This document shows, one piece after another, positions 9,204 through 17,122 of a stretch of DNA of 24,000 bases; position 1 is the stretch's first letter; each line of letters begins with the position of its first letter. The notes below the pieces were generated by a model, which worked only from the letters and a program-made list of their open reading frames with translations, searched no databases and was not told the DNA's origin. Source of the DNA: Beduini massiliensis (GTDB lineage: Bacteria; Bacillota_I; Bacilli_A; Erysipelotrichales; Coprobacillaceae); assembly GCF_000829905.1 (NCBI RefSeq), contig NZ_CDPP01000004.1, forward strand, positions 1 through 24,000. Reading direction: 5' to 3'. The position numbers were made by a program, and so were the translations under genes.

Positions 9204-9431
9204 TTATTGTGGTTTAACTGAGAAATAAAGTGAAACACCTTCAGGCATTGCTTTCACTGTTTTTTTGATATAAGCCGCTGTTGTTGCAGCATCCATTTCT
9301 GTTTCTACATCAAATAAACAATTAATTCCAGTCTTTTCAACAAATTTACATGAAATTTTATCATCTTTGTAACCATCTAACATTTTGATGATAAGTGCTG
9401 ACATCCCTGCGCTAACAATAATTTTTTGCAT
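9204..9431 (-). CDS. conserved-looking small protein of unknown function (75 aa)
   Basis: MQKIIVSAGMSALIIKMLDGYKDDKISCKFVEKTGINCLFDVETEMDAATTAAYIKKTVKAMPEGVSLYFSVKPQ. The track start at 9470 lies upstream of the predicted transcription start. The ATG at 9431 has AGGAGG 9 nt upstream (plus 9441-9446), so 9431 is the likelier start. Confidence 0.7.
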   Translation of the reverse strand: MQKIIVSAGMSALIIKMLDGYKDDKISCKFVEKTGINCLFDVETEMDAATTAAYIKKTVKAMPEGVSLYFSVKPQ

Positions 9432-9458
9432 TTTTCCATACCTCCTGTATACGTTTAC

Positions 9459-9487
9459 ATTATACATCACAGGTGAATGAAATTCAA
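9459..9487 (-). promoter_or_regulatory. sigma-A-type promoter TTGAAT, 17 nt spacer, TATAAT for the small ORF 9204..9431
   Basis: Minus-strand TTGAAT (plus 9482-9487) and TATAAT (plus 9459-9464) with 17-nt spacing, just after the spoVS stop codon. Confidence 0.75.
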
Positions 9488-9490
9488 TGA

Positions 9491-9751
9491 TTAAACTAAT
9501 TTTATCAGTAAATTTATAGCGGTACGTTCTTTTTCATCAACGACCAACTCTTTGAACGAAGGGACAATAACGAGATCATGTCCGGTTGGAACGATAAATC
9601 CTCTAGCGATCGCTACCGCTTTTACAGCCTGATTCAAGGCGCCGGCGCCAATCACGACCATTGTCACCGTTTCTTCTACCCGGATGATATTGGCAAGTGC
9701 TCCTGCTACCAGATTTGAATTTGATTGTCTTGATACTTTCATTGTTTCCAT
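9491..9751 (-). CDS. spoVS: stage V sporulation protein S
   Basis: METMKVSRQSNSNLVAGALANIIR..VIGAGALNQAVKAVAIARGFIVPTGHDLVIVPSF..ERTAINLLI, SpoVS/Alba-like signature. Start revised to 9751 (86 aa), which has AGGAGG 6 nt upstream. Confidence 0.95.
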   Translation of the reverse strand: METMKVSRQSNSNLVAGALANIIRVEETVTMVVIGAGALNQAVKAVAIARGFIVPTGHDLVIVPSFKELVVDEKERTAINLLIKLV

Positions 9752-9780
9752 ATGTTTCCTCCTCGGTTCATTCATATGTA

Positions 9781-9813
9781 AAACAAAAAGAATTATGACT
9801 AAATCATAATTCT
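9781..9813 (-). terminator. intrinsic terminator between ymdB and spoVS
   Basis: AGAATTATGA-TTTAG-TCATAATTCT perfect 10-bp stem followed by TTTTGTTTT on the minus strand, overlapping the ymdB stop codon. Confidence 0.7.
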
Positions 9814-10566
9814 CTCAATCTTAATCGGCAGATTCGTATGATCATCAAACTCGATCACTACTCCACATAACTGTGCCGGTCCTTCATCCACTTCAAAACG
9901 GTGATTTAAGCCCGTTGTCATTTTATACAGAATTGATTCTTTGGAACAGCCAATGATTCCATTTTTAGGTCCTGTCATCCCAACATCACTGATGAAAGCA
10001 GTTTTGTTGTCTATGATTTTTTCATCTGCCGTCTGCACATGAGTATGTGTTCCTAAAACAGCACTGACACGACCGCTTAAATAATAAGATAGGGCGATTT
10101 TTTCACTGGTTGTTTCAGCATGGAAATCGACGATATGATAATCTTCCTCACATTCCTTCAACAGTTCATCCATAGCGATAAACGGGTTGTACTGATACCC
10201 ATTCATAAATGCCACACCTAATAAATTAGTCACACGGATACGCTTGTTTTGCCAAGTAAAGACACGACTTCCGATTCCCGGCAATGTTTTCAATTGATTA
10301 TAAGGCACTACTAATCGGTCCGCTTCATCGATAAAATCCAACAACTCTTTTTTAGCGTAAGTGTGGTTTCCCATGGTAATTGCCTGTACTCCATTAAAGA
10401 TCAATTCTTCATAAACACGCTGTGTGATTCCTTTCCCATGAGCAGAATTTTCACCGTTGGCAATGACAAAATCAATCTGATATTGCTTTTTTAATGTATA
10501 GAGATGATCTTCGACCATCACTCGACCACTGCGTCCAAATATATCTCCGATAAATAATAATTTCAT
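9799..10566 (-). CDS. ymdB: YmdB family metallophosphoesterase
   Basis: MKLLFIGDIFGRSGRVMVEDHL..FVIANGENSAHGKGI..ITMGNHTYAKKE..GTHTHVQTADE. Start revised from 10572 to 10566 because AAGGAG ends directly against the first ATG and is 6 nt from the second. Confidence 0.94.
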   Translation of the reverse strand: MKLLFIGDIFGRSGRVMVEDHLYTLKKQYQIDFVIANGENSAHGKGITQRVYEELIFNGVQAITMGNHTYAKKELLDFIDEADRLVVPYNQLKTLPGIGSRVFTWQNKRIRVTNLLGVAFMNGYQYNPFIAMDELLKECEEDYHIVDFHAETTSEKIALSYYLSGRVSAVLGTHTHVQTADEKIIDNKTAFISDVGMTGPKNGIIGCSKESILYKMTTGLNHRFEVDEGPAQLCGVVIEFDDHTNLPIKIERIMI

Positions 10567-10605
10567 ATACATCTCCTTATTTAAAAAAGTAGGTTTTAAA
10601 ACCTA

Positions 10606-12165
10606 CTATTTTGCAATTTCGCTCGCTCTGATTTCTCTGATAACTGTCACTTTAATATGACCTGGATAAGTTAATTCATTTTCAATTTTTTCTTTGATAT
10701 CTCGCGCTAATTTATGACAAGCCAAATCATCTAAACGTTCCGGTTTGACCATGACACGTACCTCACGTCCTGCTTGAATTGCAAATGTCTTGTCAACCCC
10801 ATCAAACTCATTAGAGATTGCTTCTAATTTTTCTAAACGCTGAATATAATTCTGTAAGCTTTCCGAACGACTTCCCGGACGAGCAGCAGACAATGTATCC
10901 GCCGCTGCCACTAAAATTGAGATAACACTCGTTGCCGGTACATCTCCATGATGAGATTCGATCGCATTAATCACAACCGCATTTTCACCATGTTTTCTAG
11001 CAAATTTCGCCCCGATTTCAACGTGACTTCCTTCAATTTCAAAGTCAATCGCTTTTCCTAAATCGTGCAGTAATCCGGCACGTTTCGCCAAATTCTGATT
11101 CAATCCCAATTCAGCTGCCATGATTCCTGCCAAATGAGCAACTTCTAATGAATGCTGTAAAGCATTTTGCCCATAACTCGTACGATATTTTAAACGTCCG
11201 ATCAAAGTTACAATTTCTTTATCCACTTTCGCCAACCCTAATTGGAAGACAGCATCTTCTCCGGCCTGACGAATAATTTCATTAATTTCTTCTTTCGTTT
11301 TCAAAACGACTTCTTCAATACGTCCCGGCTGAATACGTCCATCACGAATCAATACTTCCAATGATCGTTTCGCAATTTCACGACGGATCGGGTCAAACGA
11401 AGAAATCGTGATCGCTTCTGGTGTATCGTCAATGATCAATTCAACGCCTGTGAATTGTTCAATCGATTTAATATTACGTCCTTCACGACCAATGATACGT
11501 CCTTTCATCTCTTCAGATGGCAAAGCGACAACAGAGACAGTTTTTTCAACTGTTTCCTCCTGAGCATAGCGATTAATTGCAGTGGCAATGATTTCTCTTG
11601 AGAGCATTGATGCTTTAGATTTGGCTTCTTCTTCCTGTTCTTTAATATAAGCAGTAACTTCTGTTGCCATTTTCTGTTCAACTTGTTTAAATAGTTCGAT
11701 TTTAGCTTCCCCTGCTGTCATAGCAGCAATTTTTTCCAATTCAACTATTTTGGCATCAATTTTTTCCTTTAACTGTTCCTCTAGTTTGTTTAGTTCTAAT
11801 TCTTTTTTGTTCAACTGCTGAACTTTTTGATCATATGAATCTTCTTTATTTTGTAAGATCATATCACGACGATCAATATTTTGTTCACGTTGTAATAATT
11901 TGTTTTCAAAATCTGTTGATTGCTGTTTTTGTTCTTTGATTTCTTTTTCAGCTTGTAATTTTAATTCATAAGCCTGAGTTTTTGCATCAAGTATAGATTC
12001 TTTTACAATATTATCCGCTTTACTATTGGCTTCATCAATGATTTTTTCAGCATTGACGTTTGCTTTTGACACTCTTACCATATAGTAAAAGCGCAATAAG
12101 CCAACTCCTAAAAGCACAGCTAGAACATAAGACAAACCAGTTAAAAACATGTTGTCACCTAACAT
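10606..12165 (-). CDS. rny: Ribonuclease Y
   Basis: 519 aa; N-terminal TM, coiled coil, KH segment ([44 protein letters not shown]), HD domain ([23 protein letters not shown]). Good SD (GGGAGG) 6-7 nt upstream. Confidence 0.98.
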   Translation of the reverse strand: MLGDNMFLTGLSYVLAVLLGVGLLRFYYMVRVSKANVNAEKIIDEANSKADNIVKESILDAKTQAYELKLQAEKEIKEQKQQSTDFENKLLQREQNIDRRDMILQNKEDSYDQKVQQLNKKELELNKLEEQLKEKIDAKIVELEKIAAMTAGEAKIELFKQVEQKMATEVTAYIKEQEEEAKSKASMLSREIIATAINRYAQEETVEKTVSVVALPSEEMKGRIIGREGRNIKSIEQFTGVELIIDDTPEAITISSFDPIRREIAKRSLEVLIRDGRIQPGRIEEVVLKTKEEINEIIRQAGEDAVFQLGLAKVDKEIVTLIGRLKYRTSYGQNALQHSLEVAHLAGIMAAELGLNQNLAKRAGLLHDLGKAIDFEIEGSHVEIGAKFARKHGENAVVINAIESHHGDVPATSVISILVAAADTLSAARPGSRSESLQNYIQRLEKLEAISNEFDGVDKTFAIQAGREVRVMVKPERLDDLACHKLARDIKEKIENELTYPGHIKVTVIREIRASEIAK

Positions 12166-12239
12166 AATGTTCCTCCCTATTGTCTATGTTGAAGTTATGT
12201 ATTTGCATACATAATCGTATTAATTAAAATACAAGTATC

Positions 12240-12268
12240 ATTTTAAACTAAATAGTCCCTTTTTGCAA
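12240..12268 (-). promoter_or_regulatory. probable rny promoter TTGCAA, 17 nt spacer, TAAAAT
   Basis: Minus-strand TTGCAA (plus 12263-12268) and TAAAAT (plus 12240-12245), exactly 17 nt apart, immediately downstream of a strong terminator. Confidence 0.65.
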
Positions 12269-12280
12269 CAAAGTATAAAA

Positions 12281-12349
12281 GAAAAAATAAAAAGCCGGCA
12301 AATCCTTATAGACTACTGATTTTGTAGGATTTACCTGTAAATGGGCTTT
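12281..12349 (-). terminator. strong nested intrinsic terminator / structured 3' end of a putative small RNA
   Basis: Minus strand: AAAGCC [.. GGTAAATCCT-19 nt loop-AGGATTTGCC] GGCTTTTTATTTTTTC. Perfect 10-bp inner stem (one G-U), 6-bp outer stem, U-rich tail. Confidence 0.65.
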
Positions 12350-12422
12350 ATTTTGACATATCTGAGGACCCCATTTTTATATTTTAGGCAATGGTGACTC
12401 CAATAGGCATTCATTGCAAACA

Positions 12423-12444
12423 AAAAAAAGAGACCAAAGTCTCT
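12423..12444 (-). terminator. intrinsic terminator after recA
   Basis: Minus strand AGAGAC-TTTG-GTCTCT followed by TTTTTTT, just after the recA stop. Confidence 0.8.
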
Positions 12445-12448
12445 CGTT

Positions 12449-13486
12449 TTATTTTTCTTCTATGGCTTCTTCGCCCATAATTTTTAATTTAATAGAATTG
12501 ATTAATTCTTCCATAATTTCCGGGTGTGTCTTAAGGTACAGTTTTGAATTTTCACGACCCTGCCCAATCTTTTCACCTTTATATGAATACCAAGCACCAC
12601 TCTTTTCAACCAGTTCCAATTCAACGGATAAATCCAATACTTCCCCGTCTTTAGATATCCCCTGTCCGTAAATCACATCTACGCTTGCAGTTTTAAAAGG
12701 TGGTGCCACCTTATTTTTCACAACTTTAATATTGGTTTTATTTCCAACAATCTCAGTACCGTTTTTAATCGCTTCGCTTCTTCTGATTTCGATTCGAATT
12801 GAAGAATAAAATTTAAGTGCACGTCCTCCGGTTGTTGTTTCCGGATTACCAAACATAACCCCGATTTTTTCTCTCAACTGATTAATGAAAATAATCGTAC
12901 ATTCCGATTTGTTTAGACAGCCCGAAAGTTTTCTCAATGCTTTAGACATCAAACGTGCCTGCAAGCCCATTTGAGAATCGCCCATCTCACCATCTAATTC
13001 TACCTGAGGGACTAACGCTGCGACTGAATCGACAATGATCAAATCGATGGCACCGGAACGAACTAATGTTTCCGTAATTTCTAAAGCCTGTTCTCCACTG
13101 TCCGGCTGAGATAAAATGAGTTGTTCGATGTCCACTCCTAAATTTTTAGCATAAACCGGATCGATGGCATGTTCTGCATCGATGAAGGCTGCACGTCCTC
13201 CTTGCTTTTGCACTTCTGCAATAGCGTGCAGGGCTAACGTTGTTTTCCCACTTGATTCAGGTCCATAGATTTCAACTATACGCCCCTTTGGATACCCGCC
13301 GATTCCTAACGCTAAATCCAAAGTCAATGACCCTGTCGGAATCACATCCACACTTAAATCCGCGCGGTCACCTAAACGCATGATAGACCCTTTTCCAAAC
13401 TGCTTTTCTATTTGCTTAATCGCTTCATCCAGCGCTTTTTCTTCGCCTGCTTCAGCTTTATCTATCTTCTTTGTTTTCTCTGCCAT
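12449..13486 (-). CDS. recA: Recombinase RecA
   Basis: 345 aa; [67 protein letters not shown]. Confidence 0.99.
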   Translation of the reverse strand: MAEKTKKIDKAEAGEEKALDEAIKQIEKQFGKGSIMRLGDRADLSVDVIPTGSLTLDLALGIGGYPKGRIVEIYGPESSGKTTLALHAIAEVQKQGGRAAFIDAEHAIDPVYAKNLGVDIEQLILSQPDSGEQALEITETLVRSGAIDLIIVDSVAALVPQVELDGEMGDSQMGLQARLMSKALRKLSGCLNKSECTIIFINQLREKIGVMFGNPETTTGGRALKFYSSIRIEIRRSEAIKNGTEIVGNKTNIKVVKNKVAPPFKTASVDVIYGQGISKDGEVLDLSVELELVEKSGAWYSYKGEKIGQGRENSKLYLKTHPEIMEELINSIKLKIMGEEAIEEK

Positions 13487-13524
13487 AATATCCTCCCATC
13501 TAAATCATTCTTCTCTTTTTATTA

Positions 13525-13980
13525 TTATCCTAACATATCAAGCAGTTTTTTTTCAGCAATATGCACTGCCTGTTTTTGAATCATCGCTCGGCTTCCCACT
13601 AAACGATACTCATAAGTGACGATTTTACCTAAATAATTAATCCCGATATAAATTAATCCCACCGGTTTATTTTCCATCGCTTCCGGACCCGCATTACCGG
13701 TAAAAGAAACACAAATATCCGAATTGAAGTAGTCTTTTCCTTTAAGACACATCTCTTTTGCAATGGTCTCGCTGACAACCCCATATTCTTTTACCAACTG
13801 ATGATCCACTTTTAAAACATCTGTTTTAATAACAGTCTGATAGGTGACCAATGTCCCTTTATATGTATTAGAGGCGCCGGATACACTGCCCAATCCAGCA
13901 CCAAAAAGTCCTACTGTGAAACTTTCACAGCTCGCAATCGTTAACTTTTTTTCAATCAATTTTTCAACAAGCTCTCTCAT
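13525..13980 (-). CDS. cinA: CinA C-terminal-domain-only protein (PncC-like nicotinamide-nucleotide amidase family)
   Basis: 151 aa; LTIASCESFTVGLFGAGLGSVSGASNTYKGTLVTY..SFTGNAGPEAMENKPVGLIYIGI matches the CinA CTD/PncC fold. The CinA N-terminal domain is absent. Confidence 0.85.
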   Translation of the reverse strand: MRELVEKLIEKKLTIASCESFTVGLFGAGLGSVSGASNTYKGTLVTYQTVIKTDVLKVDHQLVKEYGVVSETIAKEMCLKGKDYFNSDICVSFTGNAGPEAMENKPVGLIYIGINYLGKIVTYEYRLVGSRAMIQKQAVHIAEKKLLDMLG

Positions 13981-14555
13981 TACATAGACTCCAAAATGAA
14001 TTGTCGATTTTTCATGAAATAATCAATACCCGAAATAAGAGAAATCAATGTTGCTGCCGCCATCGTTATTAAATCAATGCGTATTCCTACAAAACAAAAA
14101 GGAATATTATTCAGCAAAATAAAGATAATCCCCAGCATTTGGGTAAACGTTTTTGCTTTCCCTAATTGACTGGCTGCCAGCACAACATTATTTTGACTTG
14201 CCAGTAAACGAATGGCATCCACAACAAGATCACGAGAAATCATGATCAACGGAACGATCATATGGATCTTACTGGTACACGCTAAAATGATAATCAGTGA
14301 ATTAACAAGCAATTTATCCGCAATCGGGTCCATAAATTTCCCAAAAGTAGTGATAATATTTTGTTTTCTGGCAATCTGTCCATCTAAAAAATCAGTAAGT
14401 GATGCCACGATAAACAGCATCACTACGATAAATTGATTGATTGGTAAAATCTGTCCCCAGATTGTCCAGCTGCCACCGACTGGAAAAATACACAGAATGA
14501 TGATGACCGGAACTAAAAGCATGCGAAAGACAGTGAGTTTATTAGGCAAATTCAT
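13980..14555 (-). CDS. pgsA: CDP-diacylglycerol--glycerol-3-phosphate 3-phosphatidyltransferase
   Basis: MNLPNKLTVFRMLLVPVIII and the CDP-alcohol phosphatidyltransferase motif DFLDGQIARKQNIITTFGKFMDPIADKLL. Confidence 0.97.
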   Translation of the reverse strand: MNLPNKLTVFRMLLVPVIIILCIFPVGGSWTIWGQILPINQFIVVMLFIVASLTDFLDGQIARKQNIITTFGKFMDPIADKLLVNSLIIILACTSKIHMIVPLIMISRDLVVDAIRLLASQNNVVLAASQLGKAKTFTQMLGIIFILLNNIPFCFVGIRIDLITMAAATLISLISGIDYFMKNRQFILESM

Positions 14556-14558
14556 AGA

Positions 14559-15506
14559 CTACTCCTTTATAAATGTAAATGTGACATCAGCGTAAGTGCC
14601 GCTTTGATCACTTTCTGGGATATCAAGTTTTTCACCATTAATATAGTAGCGGTGATATAAATTATATCCATTGCTTAAAACAATGGTATTCACATCTTTC
14701 GTATTGAAAGTCAATTCCACTGTTTCCGGTGCTGCATTTTTATCATTTGCTGTATTGGCACTATTATATGCCTTACCCGCAAAATGACTATAGTTCGTTC
14801 CGTTAACTAACATTGATGACCAAGTATATGAAACAAATTCGATCTTCATTGTGAATGTTTCATTGTCTGCCGGCAGTTTAATTGAGTATTGGTTGGCTGC
14901 CGTACGTGTCATTTCCACTTTCGGTGTTTTTTCATCTGTTGGCTTTTCATCTTCTTTATTGTCTTGGTCAGGTGGAATCACCGGATCTTCATTATCATCG
15001 ACATTAGGAGTTCCAGAAATATGATTCTGATTCTGATTATCAAAACCAGCCTTATCTTTGCTTGACAATTTTAAAGCGTACCAAACACTAAAAATGATCA
15101 ATAAACATAAAGCAACGATAATCGTATATTTGACAAAGGTTCGGCCACTATGATTGTCATAGACTTTAGGTGCTTTTGCAAAAGCAGGTTTAGTTATCTT
15201 TGTCGCCGGTGCTTTTTTCGGCTCTGCTTTAAGCTTTTCTTCTTTTTCCTTTATTTTAGAAAGATTCAATTCTTGAGTTAGTGTGATATATGTATCCACC
15301 AATTCATCTGATTCAATCCCTAGGTAATCTGCATACTTTTTAATATATTTTTTTATATATTCTTCATCACCGACATATTTATCAAACTTGCCGCTTTCGA
15401 TATCTTTTAAGACACCTACTGAGATATGCGTCGCTGCGCTGATATCTTGTAAAGTGATGTTTCTTAATTGACGTTCTTCAAGAAGTTTTCTTCCTAAATC
15501 CTCCAC
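14559..15506 (-). CDS. RodZ/YmfM-like HTH-TM protein
   Basis: 315 aa: N-terminal HTH (GRKLLEERQLRNITLQDISAATHISVGVLKDIESGKFDKYVGDEEYIKKYIKKYADYLG), one TM helix, Pro/Asp-rich linker, C-terminal beta domain; located next to pgsA-cinA-recA. Confidence 0.85.
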   Translation of the reverse strand: MEDLGRKLLEERQLRNITLQDISAATHISVGVLKDIESGKFDKYVGDEEYIKKYIKKYADYLGIESDELVDTYITLTQELNLSKIKEKEEKLKAEPKKAPATKITKPAFAKAPKVYDNHSGRTFVKYTIIVALCLLIIFSVWYALKLSSKDKAGFDNQNQNHISGTPNVDDNEDPVIPPDQDNKEDEKPTDEKTPKVEMTRTAANQYSIKLPADNETFTMKIEFVSYTWSSMLVNGTNYSHFAGKAYNSANTANDKNAAPETVELTFNTKDVNTIVLSNGYNLYHRYYINGEKLDIPESDQSGTYADVTFTFIKE

Positions 15507-15544
15507 ACTATTCCTCCTAACTGCACTATCTTACATTTAGTTTA

Positions 15545-15572
15545 ATTATAGCATAATCATCTGCAATTACAA
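15545..15572 (-). promoter_or_regulatory. extended -10 promoter (TTGTAA, 16 nt spacer with TGC, TATAAT) for the rodZ-pgsA-cinA-recA cluster
   Basis: Minus strand ...TTGTAATTGCAGATGATTATGCTATAATTAA, 39 nt or more upstream of the rodZ-like start codon. Confidence 0.75.
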
Positions 15573-15671
15573 TCATCTTAATTGTAAAAATTTATCGATT
15601 TGAGTGATTATTTATTAAATTTTGAAAGGCTATCTATTTATATGTCATCTTCCATTTATTTATACCAACAA

Positions 15672-15696
15672 AATAAAAACTGGCATTTGCCAGTTT
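15672..15696 (-). terminator. intrinsic terminator of rnpB
   Basis: Minus strand AAACTGGCAAATGCCAGTTTTTATTTTG directly after the RNase P 3' end. Confidence 0.85.
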
Positions 15697-15697
15697 A

Positions 15698-16034
15698 ACG
15701 CTCATTTCGTAAGCCAAGTTCTGTTTTTCAGATAATCATTTATCTACATATTGCTATGTCCAATACATCGTTCGTTTCCTTTGTATTGATTCCCCTACCA
15801 AATTTGGGTTTCTCGCTTGCGGAGTTTACCTCTTTTCATCCCTGTATTTCTACATGGCATAGTTTCTGTGGCACTTTATGGCTTAGCGACCATGCTTGCG
15901 TTTAGGTCTTAGGCCTGTCGTCAGTTTACACTGCCATAACTTATTGATTCGTTATGCACAATCACTACAGCCATCACAGACTGTGCGAGCCTGGACTTTC
16001 CTCTGTTTTAACAGCGATTATCTTCCATGAGCGT
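15698..16034 (-). ncRNA. rnpB: RNase P RNA, bacterial class B
   Basis: Minus strand: CGCTCATGGAAGATAATCGCTG...AACAGAGGAAAGTCCAGGCTCGCACAG...CTGACGACAGGCCTAAGACC...GGTAAACTCCGCAAGCGAGAAACCCAAATTTGGTAGGGGAA...AGAACTTGGCTTACGAAATGAGCG. P1 pairing CGCTCAT/ATGAGCG defines the ends. Located downstream of gpsB as in Bacillus. Confidence 0.97.
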
Positions 16035-16038
16035 TTTT

Positions 16039-16067
16039 ATTTTACGTTATATTGATTTTGAATGCAA
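16039..16067 (-). promoter_or_regulatory. rnpB promoter TTGCAT, 17 nt spacer, TAAAAT
   Basis: Minus-strand hexamers at plus 16062-16067 and 16039-16044, placing the start about 6 nt downstream, exactly at the P1 5' strand. Confidence 0.8.
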
Positions 16068-16070
16068 GCT

Positions 16071-16412
16071 TTATTCTGCACTTCGATTGCCAAACACGGC
16101 TTTTTCCAGTAAAGAAAGACGCTTTAAAATATCCACCTGCGGTGATAATTGTTCTTCCAAATTCTGAACACTTTCTTCCGCTACACTCTTATCACGTGAT
16201 AATTGTGCAATTTCTTCCTTTAATTTTTTATTTTCATTTTCCAATTCTTCCAATTCTTTATTGGCTAGTTCAATGATTTTCGCAAAATTTTCATAATCCG
16301 CTAAGATCGTATCCAAGAAATAATCTACCTCAGCAGAGTTATATCCTTTAAAATCAACTTTAAACTCCTTGTTTAATATCTTTTTAGGAGTTAACTGTAT
16401 TTTATAATCCAT
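16071..16412 (-). CDS. gpsB: DivIVA/GpsB family cell-division protein
   Basis: 113 aa; IQLTPKKILNKEFKVDFKGYNSAEVDYFLDTILADYENF (DivIVA/GpsB N-terminal motif) followed by coiled coil; divergent from recU-PBP1 as ypsB is from recU-ponA. Confidence 0.9.
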   Translation of the reverse strand: MDYKIQLTPKKILNKEFKVDFKGYNSAEVDYFLDTILADYENFAKIIELANKELEELENENKKLKEEIAQLSRDKSVAEESVQNLEEQLSPQVDILKRLSLLEKAVFGNRSAE

Positions 16413-16534
16413 TCTATCACATCCTTATATTATATTTTACAAATAACGAGCAAAAAAGCAATACAAAAGCGCATTTTATATAAATTACTTTTAATCGCTT
16501 CAAAAAAACAGTATAATAGAAGCGGTGATAATAA

Positions 16535-17122
16535 ATGGTAAACTATCCAAATGGGATGAAAAAAAACATTTCTCAACCTGTATCTTCTTTAAAGCAAGAT
16601 ACAAGACACCGTGGTTATTCGTTGGAACAGGATCTTAATGAATCCAATGAATACTATCTCACTTTTGATAAGGCGGTCATTCATAAAAAACCAACGCCGA
16701 TCCAAATCGTGAAGGTGGATTATCCATCGCGAAGCTCTGCTAAGATCGTTGAAGCATATTTCAAGATTCCAAGCACGACAGATTACAATGGTATATATAA
16801 GGGAAAATATATTGACTTTGAAGCAAAAGAGATCAACAAGATGAGCTTTCCTTTTCAAAATATCCACCCCCATCAGATCGAACACTTAGATAAAGTGTTA
16901 AAACATGGCGGCATTGCATTTATTGTGATGGCTTTTACAAAATTAAGTGAGGTTTATCTGCTGGAAGCAGATTATATGATTGAAAAATACAACTCATCAA
17001 AAAAGAAATCACTTTCTTATGAAGAAATCAGTCAAAATGGGTATCGTATCCAATATGGATTTCGTCCTCGACTGGATTATTTAAAGATTGTAGATGAAGT
17101 ATTTTTTAAGGAGGAAAAATAA
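16535..17122 (+). CDS. recU: Holliday junction resolvase RecU
   Basis: 195 aa; KKPTPIQIVKVDYPSRSSAKIVEAYFKIPSTTDYNGIYKGKYIDFEAKE..FPFQNIHPHQIEHL. Confidence 0.97.
   Translation: MVNYPNGMKKNISQPVSSLKQDTRHRGYSLEQDLNESNEYYLTFDKAVIHKKPTPIQIVKVDYPSRSSAKIVEAYFKIPSTTDYNGIYKGKYIDFEAKEINKMSFPFQNIHPHQIEHLDKVLKHGGIAFIVMAFTKLSEVYLLEADYMIEKYNSSKKKSLSYEEISQNGYRIQYGFRPRLDYLKIVDEVFFKEEK

Noticed and set aside
9432-9470. N-terminal extension MMYNVNVYRRYGK of the small ORF
   Set aside because: The extended start at 9470 lies upstream of the -10 hexamer (9459-9464), so it would not be on the transcript. The SD supports the start at 9431.
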